From Legionellales bacterium (lineage in GTDB: Bacteria; Pseudomonadota; Gammaproteobacteria; JAHCLG01): a DNA stretch of 64,000 bases. Where the stretch lies: NCBI GenBank assembly GCA_026125385.1, contig JAHCLG010000002.1, forward strand, positions 77,179 to 141,178, read 5' to 3'. A program made the translations under genes and the position numbers. Below are positions 33,114-42,711 of this stretch, piece after piece. Under the pieces are notes generated by a model that searched no databases, was not told where the DNA came from, and worked only from the letters and a program-made list of their open reading frames with translations. The stretch's first letter is position 1. Every line of letters begins with the position of its first letter.

Positions 33114-33335
33114 ATGCGTTTATTGGCGGTTAAAAAATTTATTCACGAACAACGCAGCGTTCCTTTATTAACATTATGTAAACACTTCAGTGCCTCACCT
33201 GAAGTCATGCGAGACATGTTAAATAAATGGATCAATAAAGGTAAAATTAAACGCGAGCCACCACTTGCTGGCTGTGGTTCCTCGTGCAGTAAATGCAATC
33301 CATTATTAATGGAAATTTATACGGTTGTGGAATAG
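33114..33335 (+). CDS. feoC: FeoC-like protein (winged-helix plus Cys-rich C-terminus)
   Basis: ATG 4 nt after the feoB stop. 73 aa, with CGSSCSKC resembling the E. coli FeoC Cys cluster. The track ORF from 33057 overlaps feoB and has no RBS. Confidence 0.6.
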   Translation: MRLLAVKKFIHEQRSVPLLTLCKHFSASPEVMRDMLNKWINKGKIKREPPLAGCGSSCSKCNPLLMEIYTVVE

Positions 33336-33495
33336 GGTATGTTGATCATTCTACTCTGCTGGCCGTGTCTAATTGATTTTTTGTCATTCGCTGCTCATTG
33401 ACTCCATCTACGCTAAGCCATAGCAAATTATCAACATGTCTTAAGCTTATGCGCATTCTCTCTTTTCCTATGTTATCATTTTATTTTAAGGAAAA

Positions 33496-34071
33496 ATGCC
33501 GCGAGGAAAAATGATGTTGGGACGAAAAATAGCCTTTGTGTTGGGAATGGGATTATTCATTGTGAATGTTTTTGCAGATAATCAATATCTCATCAAATTT
33601 GCCACCTTATTGCCAAACCTTGCAGTGACTTTAGAATGGAAAGATCCCTCAGGCACTATTCATACTCCAACCCTCAAAATAGGAAAAAATACGCCAGTCA
33701 CGCAAGCGCTTTCAATATTGCCCGATCCTAAACCGCAATTGCAGATCACTAAAATTGTCGATTTAGATACAAATAAAGAAAATACCGATGTGTTATGTAA
33801 AGTCATTTTAGAAGATGAAAATAAACAAAATGTCAATCAACAATTATCTTCTTCCTCATCCGCGTCGGTGAAATTACCTAAAGAAGTAAAAGTCTTGGAT
33901 TATGTTAATAAAAAATCGTCCAGCGCTAAGGATACCCACGAAAAAAATAATTCTGCCAATACCAATGCCCTCCCATCTCAGCAATCTGCGCCCATCAAAC
34001 AGTATACGTTGGTGGTGGTCAAAGAAAATTATTTTGGGGTGGAGCGTTATGGGTGTGTCATCATGCATTGA
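33496..34071 (+). CDS. hypothetical secreted protein (start ambiguous: 33496, 33511 or 33514)
   Basis: Signal-peptide-like MMLGRKIAFVLGMGLFIVNVFA. Ser-rich and Lys-rich C-terminal half. No domain recognised. Confidence 0.5.
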   Translation: MPRGKMMLGRKIAFVLGMGLFIVNVFADNQYLIKFATLLPNLAVTLEWKDPSGTIHTPTLKIGKNTPVTQALSILPDPKPQLQITKIVDLDTNKENTDVLCKVILEDENKQNVNQQLSSSSSASVKLPKEVKVLDYVNKKSSSAKDTHEKNNSANTNALPSQQSAPIKQYTLVVVKENYFGVERYGCVIMH

Positions 34072-34477
34072 GTGACCGCTCGTTTGATTTTTTTAATGTC
34101 AGACAAAAGCCAAGACCTTGAAAAATAATCGAATTAAAAAGGTGGTAAAATGGGTTACAAAGTAATGAAAAAATAAGATTAAAATTTTTTTTTATTTTAA
34201 TAACAGGCAGTTAGTGATAAATAAAGTCTTTTCAAAAATTGCAAGTCTTGAATTTTTTACTAGGAAGCATATAGTAATTTTGTGTTTTCAATAAAGCTAA
34301 ATCATTCTGAGCCGAATGAAATAAACGTGAGTGAATGAATCGCTAAATCGGTGAGCACGCTGGCCTTGCGCTAAGAAGCCTAATGTTTTAGCTGAATTCA
34401 CAACCTGGTTCTCCCACTGGGTTCAGTTTATGAATGCTTTATGAAGACACGCGTGTTAATTTCTCCTGAATATTTAG

Positions 34478-34520
34478 CCGGTTTTCTTAGCTTTTGAGTT
34501 AAGAAAACCGTTTTTATTTG
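34478..34520 (+). terminator. Strong rho-independent terminator inside the 657-bp non-coding region
   Basis: CGGTTTTCTTAGC-TTTTGAG-TTAAGAAAACCG followed by TTTTTATTTG. It is 400 nt downstream of the nearest upstream stop, so it may terminate an unannotated transcript. Confidence 0.5.
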
Positions 34521-34728
34521 TGTCTAAAAAAGCATATTATCCCTTGTGCGCTTGCAGAGGCGCTAGAACGAAATGATCACTACGCTCCCGCTAAGTTGTG
34601 ATAAGATTTTTCCTGAAGATTTTAGAGCCTGTTCACAATCTCCGAGCTTGAGTCAGAAAACTGGCAGTTTACGATCAAGAGTGGAGATTCGACCAGGCTG
34701 TTGTTATAACAGGGAGTCCTAGCGTTAT

Positions 34729-35700
34729 ATGACGTTATTTATTTTCGCAGTCTTGGGAAGCTTGGTGGTATTGGTGTGGAGCGCTCATCGTTTCGTCGAT
34801 GGCTCAGCAGCACTGGCGCAATATCTGGGTATGCCATCTCTCATCATCGGCATGGTGATTGTAGGGTTTGGTACTTCTTCGCCAGAAATGGCGGTTTCCG
34901 TGTCGGCCACTTTGCAACATAACGTAGGAATCGCACTTGGCAATGCCTATGGTTCTAACATCGTCAATATAGGTTTAATTTTAGGACTCACGGCCTTGAT
35001 TAGCCCTATCAAGGTGCACTCTCAAGTATTACGTAAAGAATTACCGATCCTTATCGCAGTAACTGCGCTCGCGTTATATCAAGCGTGGGATGGTCACGTG
35101 ACCCGTCTTGAGGCGGCTACGTTATTATTGGTTTTTTCAGGCTTAATTGCCTGGACTGTTTGGGTGAGTTTACAAAAGAAAGCGGATGTATTAGCCAATC
35201 AAATCGAGCAAGAGTTAAAAATTCACGCTATGACAATGCGTCAAGCGATTTTTTGGATCGTTATTGGGCTTATGCTCTTAATCATCAGCTCTAAAATATT
35301 AGTTTTTGGCGCGGTAGGTATTGCGCGTAGCCTAGGAGTGAGCGATTTAATCATCGGCTTAACGATTGTTGCCATTGGCACCTCCTTGCCCGAGTTAGCT
35401 TCATCCTTAATTGCGATCCGCAAAGGCGAACATGATATTGCACTGGGCAATGTGCTGGGGTCCAATTTGTTTAACACGTTAGCGGTGGTGGGGATTGCAG
35501 GGATCATTCATCCGCTCAGTGTGGAACACCAATTACTGCATCGTGACATGTTGGTGATGGCGCTCTTGACCGTTTTTTTATTTGTATTTTGTTATGGTCT
35601 GAGCAAGCCACGCAGCCTTAATCGTTGCAAAGGACTGCTCCTTTTAATCAGTTATGGTGTTTACTTGTATTATCTAATCCAAGGTAGCACAGGCTCTTAA
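34729..35700 (+). CDS. Na+/Ca2+ exchanger (CaCA) family membrane protein, YrbG-like
   Basis: 323 aa. Two alpha-repeat signatures GTSSPEMAVS and GTSLPELASS in separate hydrophobic halves. Confidence 0.8.
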   Translation: MTLFIFAVLGSLVVLVWSAHRFVDGSAALAQYLGMPSLIIGMVIVGFGTSSPEMAVSVSATLQHNVGIALGNAYGSNIVNIGLILGLTALISPIKVHSQVLRKELPILIAVTALALYQAWDGHVTRLEAATLLLVFSGLIAWTVWVSLQKKADVLANQIEQELKIHAMTMRQAIFWIVIGLMLLIISSKILVFGAVGIARSLGVSDLIIGLTIVAIGTSLPELASSLIAIRKGEHDIALGNVLGSNLFNTLAVVGIAGIIHPLSVEHQLLHRDMLVMALLTVFLFVFCYGLSKPRSLNRCKGLLLLISYGVYLYYLIQGSTGS

Positions 35701-35821
35701 GGCCAGCTATTTCCAATTACCATCGTTAAATTTAATTCACTATTTGCAAACCTTAACCCATCCACTTTACAATGCGCTACTTTTTGGTGCTGGATCTGGG
35801 GCGTGTTAACAATTTTACGCT

Positions 35822-35953
35822 GGCCTAATCTATACTCAAAACAATTGGATTTTAGGCGAGGCGTCGAGTTAAAGATACGAAGGAGTGTATACTGAATACA
35901 TGACTGAGTAACTTTAGCTCGACAACAAAGCCTAAAATTCAAGTGTGAAGAGT
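35822..35953 (-). repeat. ~145-bp MITE-like hairpin element, copy B (minus orientation), flanked by the inverted repeats GGGGCGTGTTAACAATT (35797-35813) and AATTGTCAACAGGC (35966-35979)
   Basis: Reverse complement of 35847-35953 aligns almost base-for-base with 51008-51125 (ACTCTTCACRCTTGAATTTTAGG...GTCGAGCTAAA...CTCAGTCATGTATT.AGTATACA.CTCCTTCG.ATCTT.A.CTCG..GCCTCGCCTAAAATCC). Element termini are self-complementary (GAATTTTAGG / CCTAAAATCC). Confidence 0.7.
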
Positions 35954-35974
35954 ATATCTCGTTAGCGAATTGTC

Positions 35975-36197
35975 AACAGGCTCTAATCCAGATAATCGGG
36001 AAACTGGTGCAAAACCAGTACTGCCCCCGCAGCGGTAAACAGTTCATCGAACCTTCGATGAAGTTGGAAACATCACTGTGAAATAATATTCACGGGAAGA
36101 GCCAAACTCTGTAAGTCCGAAGACCGGCCAAAAATAATGAATCAATCGAACAGGTTGCGGAGGGCGACTTGCAGAATACGCTTATTTCTGCATTTTG
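35975..36197 (+). promoter_or_regulatory. Cobalamin (AdoCbl) riboswitch with a terminator-type expression platform, upstream of btuB-like receptor
   Basis: CGGGAAACTGGTGCAAAACCAGTACTGCCCCCGCAGCGGTAAAC...ATCACTGTGAAAT...GGGAAGAGCCAAACTCTGTAAGTCCGAAGACCGGCC matches the recalled conserved cobalamin-riboswitch core (GGGAA.C.GGTG.AAA.CC.G..CTG.CCCGC..CTGT ... AAGTC.G.AGACC.GCC). Hairpin GCAGAATACGCTTATTTCTGC + ATTTTGCTCT at 36171-36200. Confidence 0.7.
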
Positions 36198-36221
36198 CTC
36201 TAAAAAAATTTAAGGATCGGC

Positions 36222-38153
36222 ATGAGCAAAACGTTGAGTATTATTTTATTATTGGTAATGAACAGTTCATTTGCACTAACCATCCCCACGATTTTAGTGA
36301 TCGCCAAAAAAAATCATCAGCCAACAGTAAAAACGACAGTGCCAGCCAACATAATTTCTGCAAATACCATTCAACAAATGGGGGCTGCGACACTTTCACA
36401 AGTGTTGCAAACAGAACCCACGCTTACATTGCAAGATTTATACGGTGAGGGCAGTCAAACCAGTATCTCATTACGCGGATTTGGCGATAATGCCTTACAA
36501 AATACCTTGATACTGTTAAATGGTCAACCGTGGTTAAATCCTGATCTGGGGCAATTTAATTTAAATACTATTCCTCTTGATACGATTCAACAAATTGAAA
36601 TATTGCCTGGCAGCGGCAGTGTGCTCTATGGCGATCAGGCGGTAGGTGGAATCATTAATATTGTGACGCAACCAACGTTAAAAAAAATGAATCAGGCCAG
36701 TGTTAAAATCGGTAGTTATGATTTACGCCAATATCATATCTTAACGAGTCAAGCGTATCGTAATGGTTGGTTTTATCAGTTGCAGGCAAATTATAAATCA
36801 ACAAACAATTACCGTGATCATAATAAACTACGCAATGGTAATGTTGGATTTTTATTGAATTATCATCACCATCGTCAGGCGTTGGCAATTAGCTGGAATA
36901 CTCTCGTCAATCATATTCAATATCCCGGCGCCCTCACCTTGCAACAAGCACAGAGCAATCCCACGCAAGCGTTGAATCAATCGGATTATAATCACGAGAC
37001 TACTCATATTTTACAAGCGACAGTTCATTATTTTTTAAATAGCAATTGGAAATTCGTGCTAGCCAATACACTCAATAGCATGCGCGGTAACGGGGTTTTA
37101 TCGTTAGGTCAGCAACCCTATCGTTTCACCGAGGCTCGAAATATTATTAATATCTCGCCAACGTTACATGGATTATTTTATGTTAATAATTTAGCGATTG
37201 GCAGTATTACGGGTATTAATTTGGAAACGGGCGATTATCATTTTCATGCCACCAATTTTACCACTGGCGCTAAACAAATTGAAAAAGCTTTGTATCAACA
37301 ATTCGATATTCCGTTTAATTCGACTTGGGAATTATTAATGGGTGCACGCTTAGCAACAGCGGCCAATCAATTAACAACGAATCAACTTACGCCAGCACAT
37401 AATCGTGCTTGGGTTAATAATATGGGATTACTATTTCATGCTAATCACTATCTGAGCGTTTATTTTGAGCGATCAACGAATTATCGTTTTCCCAAAGCTG
37501 ACGAAGATTCCTTTACCAATACTGGCTTACCACTTAAAACCCAAACGGGAGAATCGTATGAAACGGGCATTAAATTCAAACAATCAACGTGGAAAACACA
37601 GATTAATCTTTACCAGTTAAATTTACACAATGAAATTATGTTTATTCCTGATATTAATAATAATGGTTTTGGAATTAATCAAAATCTCGATCCAACGCGG
37701 CGGTTTGGCGGCAGTATTGCTGTGGATAATAACATTAACTCACAATGGCGTGTGGGTGGGGCAATAAACTATGTCAATGCTAAATTCCATTCAGGAATGT
37801 TCAAAGGAAATGATATTCCTTTAGTTCCTCATAAAACAGTTTCTTTACATAGCGTTGTCAATTTGACCGAACATTGGCAATGGTACTGTGCAGGAATATT
37901 GTTGGGAAAGCGCTTCAGTGGCGGAGATTTTTTAAATCAAACAACACCTCTGCCGACTTATTTTTTAATAAACAGTCATTTAAATTATCATTGGCAAGAC
38001 TGGCAAGTGGGCGTGAGTGTTTATAATCTTCTGAATAAACATTATTTTTCGTATGCCACGACCCAAAATGATTTGAGCTCAACGCCTATCACCTACTACT
38101 ATCCAGCTGTTGGTCGAACCATCCTGCTCAGTTTTAGCGTTCAAGCTAAATAA
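36222..38153 (+). CDS. btuB: TonB-dependent outer-membrane receptor, probable vitamin B12 transporter
   Basis: 643 aa. Signal peptide. Plug domain with RGFGDNALQNTLILLNG and DTIQQIEILPGSGSVLYGDQAVGGIINIVT (TonB-box/plug signatures resembling BtuB). Directly preceded by the cobalamin riboswitch. Confidence 0.8.
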   Translation: MSKTLSIILLLVMNSSFALTIPTILVIAKKNHQPTVKTTVPANIISANTIQQMGAATLSQVLQTEPTLTLQDLYGEGSQTSISLRGFGDNALQNTLILLNGQPWLNPDLGQFNLNTIPLDTIQQIEILPGSGSVLYGDQAVGGIINIVTQPTLKKMNQASVKIGSYDLRQYHILTSQAYRNGWFYQLQANYKSTNNYRDHNKLRNGNVGFLLNYHHHRQALAISWNTLVNHIQYPGALTLQQAQSNPTQALNQSDYNHETTHILQATVHYFLNSNWKFVLANTLNSMRGNGVLSLGQQPYRFTEARNIINISPTLHGLFYVNNLAIGSITGINLETGDYHFHATNFTTGAKQIEKALYQQFDIPFNSTWELLMGARLATAANQLTTNQLTPAHNRAWVNNMGLLFHANHYLSVYFERSTNYRFPKADEDSFTNTGLPLKTQTGESYETGIKFKQSTWKTQINLYQLNLHNEIMFIPDINNNGFGINQNLDPTRRFGGSIAVDNNINSQWRVGGAINYVNAKFHSGMFKGNDIPLVPHKTVSLHSVVNLTEHWQWYCAGILLGKRFSGGDFLNQTTPLPTYFLINSHLNYHWQDWQVGVSVYNLLNKHYFSYATTQNDLSSTPITYYYPAVGRTILLSFSVQAK

Positions 38154-38193
38154 TATTTCTCATTTTTCAACGATTTGAGTATACTAGGGCGCT

Positions 38194-38994
38194 ATGAATA
38201 TCGATTTACCTTTTATCTTAGTTGCCTTAGTCATTATCAGCGGATTAATCTGGCTGGCTGATAGTGTGTTTTTCGCTCGTAAACGTCAAGCGCGAACTTC
38301 ATTCGATCAAAAAGTCAAACTGCCGATTGCCGTCGATTATGCGCGATCATTTTTTCCGTTGCTGTTAATTGTATTAATCATTCGCTCGTTTATTTTTCAG
38401 CCTTTTAAAGTGCCTTCGGGTTCGCTCATGCCGACGATCATGGCGGGAGACTATATCGCAGTGAACATGGGGGCCTATGGCTTACGGTTACCACTAACCC
38501 ACACCAAAATTTTAAATACGGGAAAGCTACACCGCGGAGATATTGTGTTATTCCGTTGGCCGGCTAATCCACAACATGTGAACTACATTAAACGGCTCAT
38601 CGGCTTGCCAGGCGATACCATCAGCTATGTTAATAAAGTTTTGTATATCAATGGCAAAGAAATGACGCAAACACCGCAAGGTGATACCACCGATTACGAT
38701 TGCGCAACAGGGCAAACCATTTGCACTGTTAAAAAAATACAAGAAGATTTAGATGGGGTTAAACATAATATTCTTGTTTATCCGAATATCCCCTCACGTA
38801 ATTTTTATAATCTCAAAGTGCCTGCCGGTGAATACTTTATGATGGGCGATAATCGCGATAATAGCGATGATAGTCGTTACTGGGGTTTTGTGAAGGATGA
38901 TGCGATTATTGGTAAAGCCTTATTTATCTTTTTTAGCTGGGACAGCTACGCAGGTCATGCGCGCTGGGAGCGGATGTTTGCGGCAATCCATTAA
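38194..38994 (+). CDS. lepB: Signal peptidase I
   Basis: 266 aa. S26 boxes SGSLMPTIMAGDYIAVN, YIKRLIGLPGDTISY, GDNRDNSDDSRYWGFV. Confidence 0.9.
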   Translation: MNIDLPFILVALVIISGLIWLADSVFFARKRQARTSFDQKVKLPIAVDYARSFFPLLLIVLIIRSFIFQPFKVPSGSLMPTIMAGDYIAVNMGAYGLRLPLTHTKILNTGKLHRGDIVLFRWPANPQHVNYIKRLIGLPGDTISYVNKVLYINGKEMTQTPQGDTTDYDCATGQTICTVKKIQEDLDGVKHNILVYPNIPSRNFYNLKVPAGEYFMMGDNRDNSDDSRYWGFVKDDAIIGKALFIFFSWDSYAGHARWERMFAAIH

Positions 38995-39112
38995 TGGAAT
39001 TGACAGATGTCGGCATTCCTAGAAATTTGAGTTCATATTAGATTACTATTAAGTCCTAATGTTGTATAATTTCAACTCAAGATGAACAGAAAAATAATAG
39101 CGCCCTAAAATC

Positions 39113-40813
39113 ATGTCACTTACCCCTGAACAATTAGAGAATTATCTTAATAAGACTAATATTGCCAATATTAATGTGGAAAATGCTGCAGATGAAACAA
39201 CTGGCAGCAAAGATGGGCAAACGGCTGCTGCTCTTATCAATACGAAAAATACATTAAATGCATTGCTTAAAACAGTACACGATCAGTCAGAAAAAACAGT
39301 TTTAAATCTTTTACTTAGTGCCTTAGAGCGGATACCTACCAATAAGACTACGTTACTCGCAAACATTTTTAAGTTACTGAAGGAATTCTCAACATTTCAA
39401 GAAAGTATTATTAATAATATTGATATCTGGTTAAATTTAAAAGCAAGCTCTAGTTCAGACCAAATTGTTATTATTAAATTTTATAAAGCATTATATTTTT
39501 TATTACAAACATTAAAAGATGATTTGAATCCGCCCAATAAAGATAAAATAATTTTTTTTAGAACTATTCTAACAGTTCAAGAAAAAAAACAATTGCTTCC
39601 CAGTATAAATAAACTGCTAGATAAAGCTAAAAATAATTGTCCTTCACCTCCTTCATTAGATATGTCAAAAATTATAGAAAAATTAAGTGACAATGCTTAT
39701 ATGGCCAAGTTATTAATAAATAGTGATTCTGGACATGAGTTTTCTGAACTTCAAAAATCAGTAACAAGTATAGTCAGTCAAATGCAAGAAGCGCGAGGTT
39801 GTTTGCGTAAAGAAATGGAAGAGGTTGATTTACTGTGGGGGTTAAACAAAGTAATAAAACAGAACAATTTAAAAGTTTTCTTTAAGAAATATAAGAATAA
39901 AAATCTATTTGAAAAATTAATGCAGGCACTTAATTTACCTGCTGAGATTAGAATTAATTGGCGATTGCATCATCAAAGACAATTTTCGTCAGGGATAGAA
40001 TACATTAAAAACGTAATATTTACTCATTGGAAATGGGTGGATAGTTATTTGGGAGGAATCTACGCCACCATTTCAATTCCCAGTATTAAAAAGTATATGA
40101 ATAGAAAGTTGGAGCAATTGAGTGTTAAATATTTAGAAAATAGTGATTATAAAAGTGAGGTATCAAACTCCAAGAATAATTTTCTTCTAGCTAATTTTAG
40201 CTTAGAACAGCTAAAGATTTTTAAGAATCTTTTTTCGCTGCTATTTTTTCCTATCTATTTGACTGACGATTTAATTATTAAAATTAAAAAAATTGATGAA
40301 AACAATAATGACTGGAAGATTGTTAGTTTTAAAAATGAAGAAGTTAACTGCATTAAAAAATTTCTTCAGTCTAACGGATCATATAACGCGAAACTTATGT
40401 CTATTAAAATGTCACAAGGCGACTCTATTAAAAAACTAAGTACCGAAATTGATAATCTGCAATCATGTAGAAAATTGGAAATTTTAGTCAGTAAATTATG
40501 GGCATTTATTGAAAATAGTAAAAATTTTTCTTCGGTAATATTGAGATTTTTTTCAGGTGCGTATAATGAGTGCGTGCGTTATATTCAAAATCTTTTGAAT
40601 GACATTGCTTCAAAACTCGAAGATGGTATACTTCCGTCAACCGCTGGGTTGAACATAATATTTGAGAATGTTTTCACGCAATTACACAATGCAGAGCAGC
40701 AATGTTCGCATGGATTTTTAACTCTATTTGCTCCACTTGCCAAAGCAAAACTAGATATTATTCAAAATGATCAACTTTTAAATCAGATTTCGCCTAAATC
40801 TTTTAAATACTGA
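39113..40813 (+). CDS. hypothetical 566-aa protein, AT-rich (about 30% GC) and effector-like
   Basis: Long intact ORF with Asn/Lys/Ile-rich composition unlike the flanking lepB and gor genes. No signal peptide. Predicted largely alpha-helical. No motif recognised. Confidence 0.5.
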   Translation: MSLTPEQLENYLNKTNIANINVENAADETTGSKDGQTAAALINTKNTLNALLKTVHDQSEKTVLNLLLSALERIPTNKTTLLANIFKLLKEFSTFQESIINNIDIWLNLKASSSSDQIVIIKFYKALYFLLQTLKDDLNPPNKDKIIFFRTILTVQEKKQLLPSINKLLDKAKNNCPSPPSLDMSKIIEKLSDNAYMAKLLINSDSGHEFSELQKSVTSIVSQMQEARGCLRKEMEEVDLLWGLNKVIKQNNLKVFFKKYKNKNLFEKLMQALNLPAEIRINWRLHHQRQFSSGIEYIKNVIFTHWKWVDSYLGGIYATISIPSIKKYMNRKLEQLSVKYLENSDYKSEVSNSKNNFLLANFSLEQLKIFKNLFSLLFFPIYLTDDLIIKIKKIDENNNDWKIVSFKNEEVNCIKKFLQSNGSYNAKLMSIKMSQGDSIKKLSTEIDNLQSCRKLEILVSKLWAFIENSKNFSSVILRFFSGAYNECVRYIQNLLNDIASKLEDGILPSTAGLNIIFENVFTQLHNAEQQCSHGFLTLFAPLAKAKLDIIQNDQLLNQISPKSFKY

Positions 40814-41325
40814 TCTTTCAACCGAACATAATGTGTCGCGCTATACACTAAAAATTCTCGTTCTTTTTCTGTTAATTCGCGTAAAGGTTTAGCAGGATTG
40901 CCGACCCACAAATATCCCGATGCGACTTTTTTTCCACGCGCAATTAAACTTCCTGCGCCAATAATTACCTCGTCACCAATTTCAACATCATCCATAATAA
41001 TCGCCCCCATGCCGATTAAACAGCGATCGCCAATATGACAACCATGTAAAATAACACGATGTCCCACGGTCACGTCATCGCCAATGATTAAATCAGAACC
41101 ACTTTGCATATCGGGATTATCGTGGTTAACATGCAATACACTGAGATCTTGAATGTTGGTGCGCTGGCCAATGCGAATACGATTGACATCGCCGCGAATG
41201 GAACAAAATGGCCACACGCTGCAATCATCACCTAAAATAACATCGCCAATCACCACAGCTTGTGAATGAATATAAACGCGTTCACCTAAGTGTGGTGTGA
41301 AATTTTGAAAAGTTTCGATACTCAT
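40783..41325 (-). CDS. Gamma-carbonic-anhydrase-like hexapeptide-repeat protein (YrdA/PaaY family)
   Basis: 180 aa. Left-handed beta-helix hexapeptide repeats ([32 protein letters not shown]). Conserved His triad region. Confidence 0.75.
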   Translation of the reverse strand: MSIETFQNFTPHLGERVYIHSQAVVIGDVILGDDCSVWPFCSIRGDVNRIRIGQRTNIQDLSVLHVNHDNPDMQSGSDLIIGDDVTVGHRVILHGCHIGDRCLIGMGAIIMDDVEIGDEVIIGAGSLIARGKKVASGYLWVGNPAKPLRELTEKEREFLVYSATHYVRLKDQYLKDLGEI

Positions 41326-42671
41326 GTCATGGTCACCAATTCTTCGCTGCTGGTGGGATGGATAGCGATAGTATTATCGAAATCCGCTTTGGTTGCACCC
41401 ATTTTGAGAGCAACGCTAAATCCTTGCAACATTTCATCCGCGCCATCACCAATAATGTGTAAACCAATAATTTTTTCTTCTTCACCCAAGGTCACTAATT
41501 TCATTTTCGTAGGAATCTTATGATCGCTTAACGCATAAAACATCGGGTTAAATTGAGTTTGATAAATCTTAATTTTTTCGTGGGGAAACTGAGCGCGAGC
41601 GGTTTCTTCGGATAAACCAATGGTACCAATCGGTGGATGGCTAAAAATAACCGTGGGAATGTTCGTATAATCTAAATATAAATCCGCACGTTGATTAAAT
41701 AATCGTGAGGCTAAACGTCTTCCTGCTGCAATTGCTACCGGTGTTAATTGGGCGCGTCCGGTGACATCACCTACAGCATAAACTCCAGGTATCTGCGTAT
41801 TTTGAAATTGATCGGTCGGAATAAAACCCGCGCTATTTAATTCAAGACCAATGTTTTCCAAATTTAAGTGTTGAAGATTCGGCGTGCGACCAATTGCCCA
41901 GATAACACAATCAAAACCAGTCACTGTTTTATTTTCTTGGCAATGAAGGGTAATTTTTTCATGATCACGGGTTAATTGTTTTGGGGTATGATATTTAAGA
42001 ATAGTAATGCCATCTTGTTGCATGCAATCGTGTAAATGCGTGGAAAGTAAGGTATCGAATTGTCGCAAGGGTAAATCGTGTCTTAATACTAAACTCACGT
42101 CACTGCCTAAAGCATTTAAAACGCCAGCTAATTCGACGGCAATATAACCCGCGCCAATGACGGCGACGCGCTTGGGTTGCTCAGTTAACGCAAAAAATCC
42201 ATCGGAATCAATTCCGAATTCTTTTCCAGGAATGTTCGGCATGCTAGGATAAGCACCCGTTGCAATTAAAATGTGATCGCTGGTTAACACCTCATTACCG
42301 ACTTGCACGGTGTTGCGCTCTAAAAAGGTACCTTGGCCAAAATATAATGCGACATTATTTTTAGTTAAGCGTTCTTCATAGGCTAAATTCAAGCGAGCAA
42401 TATAGGCTTCTCGAGCTTGTACTAACTGCGTCCAAGAAAAAGCCTGTTGAGTCAGCTTAAAACCATAATCTTTTGCCAAATTTAGCTGAGAGGCGATCGA
42501 TGCTGCATTCCACATTACTTTTTTGGGCACACAACCTACATTGACACAGCTGCCACCTAATTTATGAGCTTCAATTAACGCACACTTTGCTCCGTGGCTC
42601 GCCGCGCGATTGGCGGTGGCAATACCACCACTACCGCCGCCAATAATAATGAAATCGTATTTTTTTTGCAT
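41322..42671 (-). CDS. gor: Glutathione-disulfide reductase
   Basis: 449 aa. FAD motif [16 protein letters not shown]. Redox-active disulfide [14 protein letters not shown]-terminal [13 protein letters not shown] matches the GR dimer-interface His-Pro-Thr/Glu signature. Confidence 0.8.
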   Translation of the reverse strand: MQKKYDFIIIGGGSGGIATANRAASHGAKCALIEAHKLGGSCVNVGCVPKKVMWNAASIASQLNLAKDYGFKLTQQAFSWTQLVQAREAYIARLNLAYEERLTKNNVALYFGQGTFLERNTVQVGNEVLTSDHILIATGAYPSMPNIPGKEFGIDSDGFFALTEQPKRVAVIGAGYIAVELAGVLNALGSDVSLVLRHDLPLRQFDTLLSTHLHDCMQQDGITILKYHTPKQLTRDHEKITLHCQENKTVTGFDCVIWAIGRTPNLQHLNLENIGLELNSAGFIPTDQFQNTQIPGVYAVGDVTGRAQLTPVAIAAGRRLASRLFNQRADLYLDYTNIPTVIFSHPPIGTIGLSEETARAQFPHEKIKIYQTQFNPMFYALSDHKIPTKMKLVTLGEEEKIIGLHIIGDGADEMLQGFSVALKMGATKADFDNTIAIHPTSSEELVTMT

Positions 42672-42711
42672 GGAAATTTCCTGTTAACGCCAGAGCGGAT
42701 ATAGTTAGGCA

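Noticed and set aside
34072-34728. tmRNA, RNase P RNA, SRP RNA or 6S RNA in the long intergenic region
   Set aside because: No match by eye to the tmRNA 5'/3' ends (GGGGCTG.../...CTCCACCA), the ANDENYALAA tag frame, RNase P P4 (GGAAAGTCCGGGCTCC / ACAGAACCCGGCTTA) or the SRP GGAA tetraloop context. It is kept only as a generic sRNA candidate.
35697-35942. 81-aa ORF on the minus strand
   Set aside because: Encoded by the MITE-like repeat and its flank. No RBS, and it overlaps the CaCA exchanger stop.
36137-36448. 103-aa ORF overlapping the btuB leader and start
   Set aside because: It overlaps the cobalamin riboswitch and the real btuB start, which has an AAGGA RBS. It is in a different frame, and Cys/Arg-rich junk.
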